From an uncultured Bacillus sp. (GTDB taxonomy: Bacteria; Bacillota; Bacilli; ZCTH02-B2): DNA of 64,000 nt. The stretch spans positions 9,948-73,947 of the forward strand of contig CAMTVR010000025.1 in NCBI GenBank assembly GCA_947085265.1, written 5' to 3'. Shown here in pieces: positions 48,377 to 56,953 of this stretch (the stretch's first letter is position 1; every line of letters starts with the position of its first letter). The notes under the pieces are model-generated. The model saw only the letters and a list, made by a program, of their open reading frames with translations. It did no database searches and was not told where the DNA came from. The position numbers were made by a program, and so were the translations under genes.

Positions 48377-48748
48377 TCAAGCCACTTCCAGCTTCTCCTT
48401 CAGGGTATTGATTACTTGTTCAGCTGTTTTCACGAATCGTTGGGGAATTTCCGCCTCATAGTCCATGCCGTGATGCAGGATGTGCTTGCCCATGATCGGA
48501 TCTTCTAGTTTCAACACGGCCCGTGGGGACTCCAGTCTTCCCTGGATGCAGTTGGCTCGCACCCTCAGGTAATACGTTTTCTGGTTGTCCAAATCGTCAA
48601 ACCGCATGTCGTATGTCGCGAAGTCATAGTCCCATGTCCAACGGGTAAAACCGATGTGCTTCATCACTTTCTCTAATTCCGAAAATGTTTTTTGCGTGCC
48701 AGCAATGCCTGAATCCTTGAAAACCACTGTTGTTCCTCCTTTTGCCAT
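48377..48748 (-). CDS. YugN-like family protein
   Basis: WDYDFATYDMRFDDLDNQKTYYLRVRANCIQGRLESPRAVLKLEDP parallels B. subtilis YugN. Confidence 0.55.
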   Translation of the reverse strand: MAKGGTTVVFKDSGIAGTQKTFSELEKVMKHIGFTRWTWDYDFATYDMRFDDLDNQKTYYLRVRANCIQGRLESPRAVLKLEDPIMGKHILHHGMDYEAEIPQRFVKTAEQVINTLKEKLEVA

Positions 48749-48905
48749 GTTCCCAGGAAATCATTCGCACCTTTTTCGTCTTTATCATAGACGTTTTTTC
48801 GCTTCATTGCAATGCGATCCACGTTCATGGTGACACAGGTGCGGTGGGTGCCGGAATAGGAACGCGTTTTTCGGATACCATACTTTTATGGAAGGAGGGA
48901 TAGGG

Positions 48906-49346
48906 ATGCAGACATTGCGAGATGTGATGACGACTGAAATGTATATCTGTTCGCCTCAGGATCCTGTTTCCAAGGCAGCGCAGATCATGCGAGATCATAA
49001 TGTAGGTGCGGTTCCCATCGTCGATCAACAGGCAGGCGGTCCGCATCTGTTGGGGATGCTAACCGACCGGGATATTTGTATCCGCTGCGTGGCGCTCAAC
49101 AAGCCGAGCTCTACCGCATGCAGCGATGTGATGAGCGATCGGAAGCTGGTCGTCGGAACGCCCCAGATGACGGTGGATGAGGCGGCACAGCTGATGTCTC
49201 GGGAGCAGATCCGCCGCTTGCCCGTGGTAGACAATCAACGCCTTGTCGGCATTGTTTCACTCGGAGATCTGGCGGTTCGCGACCGCTTTACGGATGAAGC
49301 CGGTCAAGCGTTAAGCGACATATCTGAACCTGCCCGGCCGATGTAA
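48906..49346 (+). CDS. CBS domain-containing protein
   Basis: Two CBS repeats (VGAVPIVDQ..., LPVVDNQRLVGIVSLGDL); SD GGAAGGAGGGA. Confidence 0.8.
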   Translation: MQTLRDVMTTEMYICSPQDPVSKAAQIMRDHNVGAVPIVDQQAGGPHLLGMLTDRDICIRCVALNKPSSTACSDVMSDRKLVVGTPQMTVDEAAQLMSREQIRRLPVVDNQRLVGIVSLGDLAVRDRFTDEAGQALSDISEPARPM

Positions 49347-49375
49347 TGGGTTCTTAGGAAATTTTTGAGGAGATG

Positions 49376-49410
49376 GAGAACCTCTCCCTTGGGTGGAGAG
49401 GTTTTTGCTT
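49376..49410 (+). terminator. rho-independent terminator after the CBS gene
   Basis: GAGAACCTCTCC-cttgggt-GGAGAGGTT followed by a T-run. Confidence 0.6.
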
Positions 49411-49497
49411 TCGCAATGATGGGAACATATGTTTGATCATCGGTGTATCCCATGATATGATGGGAAAAGAGGTCGCATAGAGGAAAGGATGTCAGAG

Positions 49498-49920
49498 ATG
49501 ACGAAAACGGAAGAACGGCCGTTGATGTTTCCAGAGGGCTATGAAAAATTTGCGCGTATGATACGGGAACATGTGGTATTATCGATTTTACATCGAGCCG
49601 TTTTGCGCGATGCGGAGCGGTTGTCGGAGGGGCATAAGTTCTCGCGTGTCTATCGGCAGCTTTTGGAACGCGTCGCCGAAATGGCGCTTCAGGAGCAGCA
49701 GCGGATGCGGCGGGAAATGAAGCGGATCGGCGGGCAAATTGTGGAAGAAAAGCAGGACCGAATCGCGCGCGAAGTGTGGGTGCGTTTTCGCGGCAGGGTG
49801 TATACGATGCGCTTTCAGAATGTCTGGCTGCGATCGCGGTGCGAGGTGTGGCTGATGAGATTTCTCGCCAAGTCGCTGGCGGACATGCTGGACGAGAAGA
49901 AATCGGAAGCCGCTTTGTAA
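49498..49920 (+). CDS. hypothetical protein (~140 aa, Arg/Glu-rich, helical)
   Basis: Open frame with SD GGAAAGGATG; no recognised family. Confidence 0.45.
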   Translation: MTKTEERPLMFPEGYEKFARMIREHVVLSILHRAVLRDAERLSEGHKFSRVYRQLLERVAEMALQEQQRMRREMKRIGGQIVEEKQDRIAREVWVRFRGRVYTMRFQNVWLRSRCEVWLMRFLAKSLADMLDEKKSEAAL

Positions 49921-49994
49921 AAATGAGCGTTTGGCGCTGAAGCATTGGTGCGCCAAGAGGGCAGCAGGGAGACTGGGGGAGGTGATGAGAGAGA

Positions 49995-51560
49995 ATGAGG
50001 CGACATCGGCCGGCCGCATGGAGGCTCTTGTTTGTCGGGGTGGCGCTCGCTGTACTGATGGGGACGATCGGCCTGCGCCTGTTCCTGGAGCCGGTTAAGG
50101 CGGCGGAAGGAGGGCTCACCTATCTTGAGCCTTATCCCCGCGGGGCGGTGATGGTCAGACAGCCGGAGATCGGGTGGCCAGTCCGTGTTCACGGCGCGAG
50201 CGTGAGACAAGCCACCCTGTATCTGAGCGGAAAGTCTCGCAGCGTCCGTGTCAACCTAGGATACGATGCCGCAAAAGGAGCTTATGTGTATCATCCGCCC
50301 GAGCTGCTTCCCCCTGGGGAGTATGAAGCGCGGATCCGTTTGGAATTTCAAGGGCTTTACCAACCGGTGGAGCAACATTGGACCTTTCAGATAAATCGGG
50401 ATGCCGTTTCTCTCCGCCACATCATGGAACGGGTCGAAACTCCTGTTCAACAGGCGGCTCTCAAAGCGGCCAATGACTACCGGGATCGTCTGGGCCTGCC
50501 TCCTTTTCAGGTACACCCCTCGCTCATGCTGGCCGCTGAGGAGCATGCAGCTTACCTGGAGGAAAACGGGACTTTGTCCCACTACCAGGAACCGGGGAAG
50601 CCCCGTTTTACCGGACGAACAGTGGAGGAACGGGCGCAACGGGCGGGGTATTTTTTGGGAGTAGCGGAAGACATCAGCCAACAACCAGAGGAGGACCCGG
50701 TCGTGGCGGTGGATGGTCTGTTTGATGCTCCTTATCACCGGATTCCATTCATGTATCCTCACGCCTGGGAATGGGGTTACGGACAAAAAGGTTTGTTCCA
50801 TGTCATCAATGTAGGCATCGTCCCAATGGAGAAAGTCCGGGTGGTTCACTATCCGGTGGACGGGGAAAAAGGGGTCCCTATGCAGTGGAAAGGAAACGAG
50901 ATCCCAGATCCCCTCCGGTTGCATGCCGATGTCACCTTGCCGGTGGGATATCCACTTGTGATCGGGGCATTTGGTGACCCTGTGAAGGAAGTACGCCTGT
51001 TCCATGCCGTCCTAACCGATGAAGAAGGAAGAGAACAGGCTTTGTACATCAATACGCCTGCGACGGATGAGCATTTGAAGCAGGAACTGATCCTGATTCC
51101 CGTCAAGCCGTTGAAACCCGACGTGCAATACCAGGTGCAGGTGGATTGGGGGGTGGTGAGGAATGACGGAACGGAACAAACGCTGCATACCGCTTGGTCC
51201 TTTCAGACAGAGCGGCGTCCTGGCGAAGGAAAACAACAACTGCATGCCTTGGTTCTTGAGACGCAAGTGGAAGGAACGGGTGCAGACGAAGATCAACGAC
51301 AAGAAATGGAAACAGAGCGCGCCGAACAGATCACTCATGTGACATTTTGGTCAGACCTGCCGCTTCTCAAAAGGTGGTCGCGCTCTTTTAAACTTCCCTT
51401 TTCTCTTTCGCAAGAACGTTTGGCGGGATGGATGGGATGGCTGGATGATCACCTGGGTTTCCAATGGCAAGCGGAGGATGGACGCTTAACCTGGCGCGTC
51501 GGAGATTACGAATTGGAATGGCTGTTTTATGAACAACAAGATTCGCAGACAAAAGGGTGA
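49995..51560 (+). CDS. secreted CAP (SCP/PR-1/YkwD-like) domain protein with N- and C-terminal extra domains
   Basis: N-terminal TM/signal; the CAP core [43 protein letters not shown] resembles YkwD. Confidence 0.65.
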   Translation: MRRHRPAAWRLLFVGVALAVLMGTIGLRLFLEPVKAAEGGLTYLEPYPRGAVMVRQPEIGWPVRVHGASVRQATLYLSGKSRSVRVNLGYDAAKGAYVYHPPELLPPGEYEARIRLEFQGLYQPVEQHWTFQINRDAVSLRHIMERVETPVQQAALKAANDYRDRLGLPPFQVHPSLMLAAEEHAAYLEENGTLSHYQEPGKPRFTGRTVEERAQRAGYFLGVAEDISQQPEEDPVVAVDGLFDAPYHRIPFMYPHAWEWGYGQKGLFHVINVGIVPMEKVRVVHYPVDGEKGVPMQWKGNEIPDPLRLHADVTLPVGYPLVIGAFGDPVKEVRLFHAVLTDEEGREQALYINTPATDEHLKQELILIPVKPLKPDVQYQVQVDWGVVRNDGTEQTLHTAWSFQTERRPGEGKQQLHALVLETQVEGTGADEDQRQEMETERAEQITHVTFWSDLPLLKRWSRSFKLPFSLSQERLAGWMGWLDDHLGFQWQAEDGRLTWRVGDYELEWLFYEQQDSQTKG

Positions 51561-52270
51561 GGCGTATGAGAGGGGAAAAATGGGTTGCCCGCTTGTCGCC
51601 TGGCTTGCTCTTCGCGATGGTGGCGATTGCCTTTCTGGCCGGCTGCTCGCAAGAGACGGCGGCGGGGGACTGGGTTGTCGTAGAGCGGGTGGTGGACGGT
51701 GACACCTTCATCATTGCTGGGGGCGAGCGGGTGAGGATGATCGGAGTGGATACGCCGGAGACGGTCAAACCGGGAACAGCGCCCCAACCGTATGGCAAAG
51801 AGGCCAGCCAATATACCGAAACGATGCTGTCAGGGAAAAAGGTGCGGCTCGAATTTGATGTGGCGGAGCGGGACAAGTACGGGCGCCTGCTGGCCTATGT
51901 CTACCTTGAGGACGGAACTTTTGTCAATGAGAAGCTGGTCTCCGAGGGTTATGCCCGCGTGATGACTGTTCCACCCAACGTGAAATATGCGGAACGCTTT
52001 CTGGCCGCGGAGCGGAAAGCGCGGCAGGAGAGACGGGGGCTGTGGGGATTGGGCGATGAGGGATCTGTGAAAGAAGCGGAAGCGGTGGAAGAACACCCGG
52101 CATCGGAAGAAGAGCCCCGCCAGGGTCTGATCAAAGGGAACATCAACAGCAAAGGGGAAAAGATTTACCATGTGCCGGGCGGCCGATACTACGACGTGAC
52201 CGAGCCGGAAGTTTGGTTTGAGACCGAGGAAGAGGCAGAGGCGGCCGGATTTCGTCGTTCCAAATATTGA
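51557..52270 (+). CDS. thermonuclease (SNase/micrococcal nuclease family) lipoprotein
   Basis: Lipobox LAGC; SNase motifs VVDGDTFII...[10 protein letters not shown]...YGRLLAYVY; GTGA/TGA overlap with the preceding gene. Confidence 0.8.
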   Translation: MRRMRGEKWVARLSPGLLFAMVAIAFLAGCSQETAAGDWVVVERVVDGDTFIIAGGERVRMIGVDTPETVKPGTAPQPYGKEASQYTETMLSGKKVRLEFDVAERDKYGRLLAYVYLEDGTFVNEKLVSEGYARVMTVPPNVKYAERFLAAERKARQERRGLWGLGDEGSVKEAEAVEEHPASEEEPRQGLIKGNINSKGEKIYHVPGGRYYDVTEPEVWFETEEEAEAAGFRRSKY

Positions 52271-52333
52271 GTCTTGAGATCGTCCGATTCCACGCGGAAA
52301 TCGATGGTTGTATGAACGGGATGGGGGGATTTT

Positions 52334-53056
52334 GTGGTCGGAACGTGGTTCAACGTCGGCGCCGTGCTGCTGGGAAGCGGGATCGGGCTGCTCCTGGGTT
52401 CACGGATTTCAGAGCGCTTGCGGGAGACGGTCATGCAGGGCATCGGAGCGGTGACCTTGCTCATTGGCATGCAAATGGCTTTATCCACTCAGCATGTGTT
52501 GGTGGTTTTAGGGAGCATCTTGACGGGCGGCGTGCTCGGCACTTGGTGGCGCTTGGATGAGCGGCTGAATCAATTTGGGAACTGGGTGGAGCGGCGTGTG
52601 ACGGGAGCGGGTCGGAGATCGACGGTTGACGTGCAGGAGCGGGAAACGGGACGCTTTGCTCAGGGGTTTATCACCAGCAGCCTCCTGTTTTGTGTGGGGC
52701 CGATGACCTTTTTGGGAGCGATTCAGGACGGATTGTCCGGCGATTTCCAGTTGCTTGCAGTGAAGTCAGTGCTGGATGGTTTCTCCTCCATAGCCTTTGC
52801 GGCTTCTTTAGGAGCTGGGGTGATGATGTCCGCCGTGACGGTTTTGGTCATCCAGGGAGGCTTGACGTTGATGTCCGGTTTTTTCCATGACTGGATGAAT
52901 GATTTGGTGATTGGCGAGTTGACGGCTGTCGGCGGCGCAATGGTGATCATGATCGGTTTCAACCTGCTTCGCCTGTCCGCCATTCGTGTGGCAGACTTTT
53001 TGCCTGCTTTAGCGGTGGCGCCACTTCTTCTATGGATTGTCGACCTTTTCGTGTGA
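52334..53056 (+). CDS. DUF554 family membrane protein (YqgA-like)
   Basis: MVGTWFNVGAVLLGSGIGLL... is the typical DUF554 N-terminus; GTG 52334 after GGGGGGA. Confidence 0.7.
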   Translation: MVGTWFNVGAVLLGSGIGLLLGSRISERLRETVMQGIGAVTLLIGMQMALSTQHVLVVLGSILTGGVLGTWWRLDERLNQFGNWVERRVTGAGRRSTVDVQERETGRFAQGFITSSLLFCVGPMTFLGAIQDGLSGDFQLLAVKSVLDGFSSIAFAASLGAGVMMSAVTVLVIQGGLTLMSGFFHDWMNDLVIGELTAVGGAMVIMIGFNLLRLSAIRVADFLPALAVAPLLLWIVDLFV

Positions 53057-53286
53057 GTCGACCTCATCCACGGCGCACTGTTCTTACGCATGGATGTATC
53101 TTCCAAGACATGAACTGTTCAACCAGGACATGAACCTCTGTCATCGGTACATACTTATACTTTAGGAAGGGATTGTTCGCTGGCAGTTGCTTGGAGTGCC
53201 ATGGGGCCTCTGTTGTGATTGGCCGGACAATCGGTTGGCATGCTTGCGGTATTTGAGCAAAGTGTGACTTGGAAGAGGTGAATGGG

Positions 53287-54669
53287 ATGCCCGGATTGTA
53301 CAACCGGCCTGTACAGGACCGGCCTGAACGTGTCAAACCTGTTGAAACGGCGGAGATTTCGCGGCCGAAGGCGGAAATGAACCTGCCCGAAGAGGAAGAA
53401 AACCCTTATGCTGTGGTCAAGCGGCTTCTCAAGCAAGCGGTTGAAACGCTGGAACTGCCGCTCGCTGTTTATGAAATACTCAAGAAACCAAGGCGCTTTA
53501 TGACCGTATCGATTCCAGTGCGGATGGATGACGGGACGGTGTACAATTTTACCGGTTACCGTTCACAGCATAGTGACATTCTCGGACCGACCAAGGGCGG
53601 GGTGCGGTTTCACCCCGAAGTGTACGAGGACGAGGTCAAGGCGCTGTCCATCTGGATGTCGTTGAAAAGCGCGATTCTCGGGCTGCCTTACGGGGGCGGC
53701 AAAGGGGGGGTGATTGTCAATCCGCGGGAGCTTTCGGAGCGAGAATTGGAAGAACTGAGCCGCGGGTACATACGTGAACTGGAGGCCATTATCGGACCGG
53801 AAAAAGACATTCCCGCCCCTGATGTGAACACCAATCCGCAGATCATGGGATGGATGTTGGATGAGTTCGATCGCTTGCGGGGCCAGAACATGCCCGGGAT
53901 GATCACCGGAAAGCCGATCATCCTGGGGGGATCGCTGGGGCGTCTGGAGGCGACGGGCCGAGGCGTGGTGATGACGATTTTGGAAGCGGTCAAACGGCTG
54001 GGTCTAGAGCTGCAGGGACTGACCGTCTCGATCCAGGGGTTTGGCAACGTCGGCAGCATGACGGCCCGTTTCCTCCACGAGCAAGGGTTCAAAGTGATTG
54101 CCGTAAATGATGCGTTAGGCGGTGTCTGCAAGGAAGAAGGCCTGGACATCCCGGCGCTATTAAGTTATTCCGAGGAAAATGGCACGGTGTCCGGCTTTCC
54201 GGGTACGCAGCCGCTTCACGGAAATGAGTTGTTTGCGGTGCCTGCGGATATTTTCGTGCCGGCCGCCATGGAGAACCAGATCACAGAGGAGACGGCGCCA
54301 TTGGTTCAGGCCAAGATCGTGGCGGAGGCGGCCAATGGCCCCACTACCTCAGAGGGAGACCAGATCCTGCGCGAGAAGGGGATCTTTGTGATCCCGGACA
54401 TCCTCTGCAACTCCGGGGGTGTGACCGTCTCCTACTTTGAATGGGTGCAAAACGCGATGCATTACTATTGGCCGGAAGAGGAAGTGAATGAAAAACTCCG
54501 CGCCAAGATGCGCCAGGCGTTTGACGTGGTTTACCGGATGCATCTGGAACATCAAGTGGATATGCGTTCAGCTGCCTATATGGTCGGCGTCGGCCGGCTT
54601 GCGGAGGCCTTGTTCGCGCGCGGGTGGATTAAGCGAGGACATCAAGGCAAAAGCTTGCTGCTCCATTGA
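53287..54669 (+). CDS. NAD(P)-specific glutamate dehydrogenase (RocG/GudB-like)
   Basis: GPTKGGVRFHPEV, GLPYGGGKGGV and GFGNVGS Rossmann motifs; strong similarity to B. subtilis RocG from MNLPEEEENPY onward; ATG 53287 eight nt after GGAAGAGG (alternative 53377). Confidence 0.85.
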   Translation: MPGLYNRPVQDRPERVKPVETAEISRPKAEMNLPEEEENPYAVVKRLLKQAVETLELPLAVYEILKKPRRFMTVSIPVRMDDGTVYNFTGYRSQHSDILGPTKGGVRFHPEVYEDEVKALSIWMSLKSAILGLPYGGGKGGVIVNPRELSERELEELSRGYIRELEAIIGPEKDIPAPDVNTNPQIMGWMLDEFDRLRGQNMPGMITGKPIILGGSLGRLEATGRGVVMTILEAVKRLGLELQGLTVSIQGFGNVGSMTARFLHEQGFKVIAVNDALGGVCKEEGLDIPALLSYSEENGTVSGFPGTQPLHGNELFAVPADIFVPAAMENQITEETAPLVQAKIVAEAANGPTTSEGDQILREKGIFVIPDILCNSGGVTVSYFEWVQNAMHYYWPEEEVNEKLRAKMRQAFDVVYRMHLEHQVDMRSAAYMVGVGRLAEALFARGWIKRGHQGKSLLLH

Positions 54670-54727
54670 TTTCCACAACATCGAAAACCTATGTAAGGAC
54701 ATCTTCTATACCTGCATTCTTCGTGAT

Positions 54728-54889
54728 TTAGATGACCAGATCAATGTCTTTTTCTCTTTTCCAGCGCCATGCGACCAATGCGGTGCCAACGGCGAGCAGG
54801 AACGCATAACAGACGGGCAACAACAGGAGCAACGTATAGACGATCGGAGAGGAGAACGCTTTTTGTAACTCCAACCGTTGAATGCTCAT
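54728..54889 (-). CDS. small membrane protein (53 aa), translationally coupled (ATGA) to the upstream ABC remnant
   Basis: MSIQRLELQKAFSSPIVYTLLLLLPVCYAFLLAVGTALVAW; the ATG overlaps the TGA stop of the preceding ORF. Confidence 0.4.
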   Translation of the reverse strand: MSIQRLELQKAFSSPIVYTLLLLLPVCYAFLLAVGTALVAWRWKREKDIDLVI

Positions 54890-55629
54890 TTCGTTGCAAG
54901 CTCCTGTAGTTGTGCCTGATCGTGGTACACGTACAGGAACACATCCTCCAAGCTGGGACTCACAGCTTGCCATGAAGGATCGGCTTCGCCCTGGCAGACA
55001 AACCTCATTTTCAGTTTTCCTTCGGCCTGTTTTTCCGTCAACGTCAGCACCCTTTGGCGAAAGGCAGTTGCGAAGTGAAAGTCAATGATCGTTTCATAAA
55101 CCTTCCCCTCAAGCGTTTGGCAAATCTTTTCGATGCTGCCTTTATAACGCACTTCTTTGTCCTTGAGCATGATGATTTCGTTGGCAATCGATTCGACATC
55201 TGACACGATGTGGGTGGAAAGCACCACGATGCGATCTTTCGCCAGTCCGCTTAACAGGTTGCGGAAGCGCACCCTTTCCTTCGGATCCAGCCCGGCCGTC
55301 GGCTCATCCAGGATCAGGATGCGTGGATCGTTGAGCATGGCTTGGGCGATGCCGACCCGTTGGATCATGCCTCCGGAAAACTTTCGCATTTTTTTGTCTT
55401 TCACGTCGTCAAGCGCCACCAGTGTTAACAGCTCTTCGATCCGCCGGATGGCCACGTTTTTGTCCAGTCCTTTAAGGGCGGCCAGATACATCAGATACTG
55501 CCTCGGGCTGTAGTTTTTGTAATAGCCAAACTGTTCTCCACCTAAAGCGGGACGACGGACTGATGGTGCTTGTAAGATTTGGAACGGTAATAATCGACGA
55601 TGCGGTGGGTAGCGATTTTGTACAGCCAA
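54886..55629 (-). pseudogene. ABC transporter ATP-binding protein lacking its N-terminal ~80 aa (no Walker A); probable deletion remnant
   Basis: Q-loop, signature FSGGMIQRVGIAQAM, Walker B ILILDEPTAGLD and H-loop are all present, but no GxxGxGKST motif is found in any frame upstream. Confidence 0.6.
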
Positions 55630-55844
55630 GTTTTGAAAGAGGCTTTGTCGGCGTCGTAGTTGTGAATCGTTTGCAGCAGACTGACAAAGATATCCTGTGT
55701 CATATCCAGAGACATTTCCTTGTCCAACGTTTGCCGGTAAACGTAGGCGTAGAGCTCTTTGTAGAAATGGGCGACCAGTTGATTTGCCGCCGTCCGGCTT
55801 GACTTCCGTTGGATTTGTCTAATCCATTGTTGTACCTGATCCAT
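55542..55844 (-). pseudogene. ECF-type sigma factor truncated after region 2 (region 4 missing); probable deletion remnant
   Basis: Region 2.1-2.4 (ANQLVAHFYKELYAYVYRQT...DIFVSLLQTIHNYDADKASFKTWLYKIATHRIVDYYR), then a stop without an HTH region 4; its reading frame runs into the truncated ABC gene. Confidence 0.55.
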
Positions 55845-56065
55845 CGTTTCTCCACTTTCAGATTTAGCAAAAGCTGGTTTCCTTTTGTGATCCCTCTTCT
55901 TGTCTATGTTCTGCTTCATCTATTATATTCGTAAGAACGAGAGAAAAAGTTTGACCTGAAAAACGAAAAATCCCCCAACGTTATGGGGAATCATGATTCG
56001 GGGGATAATAGTATCCTCGGGGACAACCGTCGCAATTAGCTCAGAGGCATATCCCTCGACCCCTC

Positions 56066-56094
56066 TTGATTTTTTCTATTGCCCATTGTACAAT
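56066..56094 (+). promoter_or_regulatory. sigma-A promoter TTGATT-17-TACAAT driving tRNA-Pro
   Basis: Consensus-like hexamers 20 nt upstream of the tRNA 5' end. Confidence 0.6.
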
Positions 56095-56114
56095 GGGTGA
56101 TGTCTTGAGGAAAG

Positions 56115-56191
56115 CGGGGTATAGCTCAGCTTGGTAGAGCGCTTGGATCGGGACCAAGAGGCCGCGGGTTCAAATCCTGCTACCCCGACCA
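56115..56191 (+). tRNA. tRNA-Pro (anticodon CGG), CCA encoded
   Basis: Cloverleaf folded by hand: acceptor CGGGGTA/TACCCCG, D-stem GCTC/GAGC, anticodon stem CTTGG/CCAAG with loop ATCGGGA (U33, CGG, G37), T-arm GCGGG-TTCAAAT-CCTGC, discriminator A + CCA. Same architecture as B. subtilis tRNA-Pro. Confidence 0.85.
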
Positions 56192-56205
56192 TACATCGAA
56201 AACAG

Positions 56206-56234
56206 GTGATTCGGTACATCGAATCACTTTTTTT
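56206..56234 (+). terminator. rho-independent terminator after the tRNA
   Basis: GTGATTCG-gtacat-CGAATCAC followed by TTTTTTT. Confidence 0.75.
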
Positions 56235-56347
56235 GTTTTGCAGAGCCGTTACCATGTTTTCAAATGGATAAAAACTCCTTATAATGACTTAAAACGTCTG
56301 GTTGATTCCTTCATGAGGATAGGAAGGGAATGAGAAAGGAGCTTGTC

Positions 56348-56767
56348 ATGGAAGGTTACAAGTTTTCACACACATTGCGTGTTCGTTACTCGGAAATTGA
56401 CGGCCAAAAAATTGTCTTTAATGCACACTATATGACCTATATGGATGTGGCCATCACAGAATACTTCCGGGAAGTGATACGTCCGTTTTTGAATGGGGAA
56501 GAGTTTGATTTTGTTTTGGCCAAGACGACGATTGAATTTAAGGGAAGCGCCTATCTCGATGATCTTCTGCACATCCATTGCCGGACGTCGCGTCTCGGAA
56601 ATTCAAGCTTTACCGTCCAGTTTGCGATCGAACGAGATGAGAGTAAAGAGGTGATCGTCTTGGCGGAAATCGTGTATGTGTCTTATGACATGGCGACGCG
56701 CAAGGCCGTGCCGATACCAAAGACGGTCCGAGAACGCATCAAAGCGTTTGAAGGAATGGAAGATTAA
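56348..56767 (+). CDS. acyl-CoA thioesterase (4HBT/YbgC-like hotdog fold)
   Basis: MEGYKFSHTLRVRYSEIDGQKIVFNAHYMTYMDVA is the classic 4HBT N-terminus; ATG 56348 six nt after AAGGAG. Confidence 0.8.
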   Translation: MEGYKFSHTLRVRYSEIDGQKIVFNAHYMTYMDVAITEYFREVIRPFLNGEEFDFVLAKTTIEFKGSAYLDDLLHIHCRTSRLGNSSFTVQFAIERDESKEVIVLAEIVYVSYDMATRKAVPIPKTVRERIKAFEGMED

Positions 56768-56802
56768 TAAATTTCGGGATTCAAAAATCGATCATCCCTC
56801 CC

Positions 56803-56831
56803 TTTACTTAAAATAATTATTAAGTTATAAT
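56803..56831 (+). promoter_or_regulatory. promoter TTTACT-17-TATAAT whose spacer carries a Fur/PerR-family-type AT-rich box (AATAATTATT palindrome core, 56812-56821)
   Basis: TAAAATAATTATTAAG resembles the 7-1-7 TTATAAT-n-ATTATAA boxes of PerR/Fur; it sits directly upstream of a PfeT-like ATPase gene. Confidence 0.4.
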
Positions 56832-56953
56832 GAGTATACATCAATGAGATAGGCTTGATGTGTCACGCATGCTGCCAAACCAAAGGCGGCATGTCGTCGT
56901 TTTTGGGAGACTTTTAAGAATGAAATTCGTTCTCAAGGAGAGGATGAGCGCAA

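Noticed and set aside
50256-51005. 249-aa minus-strand ORF, and similar long antisense ORFs (e.g. 40092-40586, 38386-39234, 36355-36819, 4272-4628, 2368-2646)
   Set aside because: They lie antisense to convincing genes, have low-complexity S/R/P-rich translations and no RBS. They are artefacts of high GC content.
53200-53286. Sigma-54 (-24/-12) promoter upstream of the rocG-like GDH, suggested by TTGGCATGCTTGC
   Set aside because: Spacing between the GG and GC elements is 3 nt short of TGGCAC-N5-TTGCA, so it does not fit.
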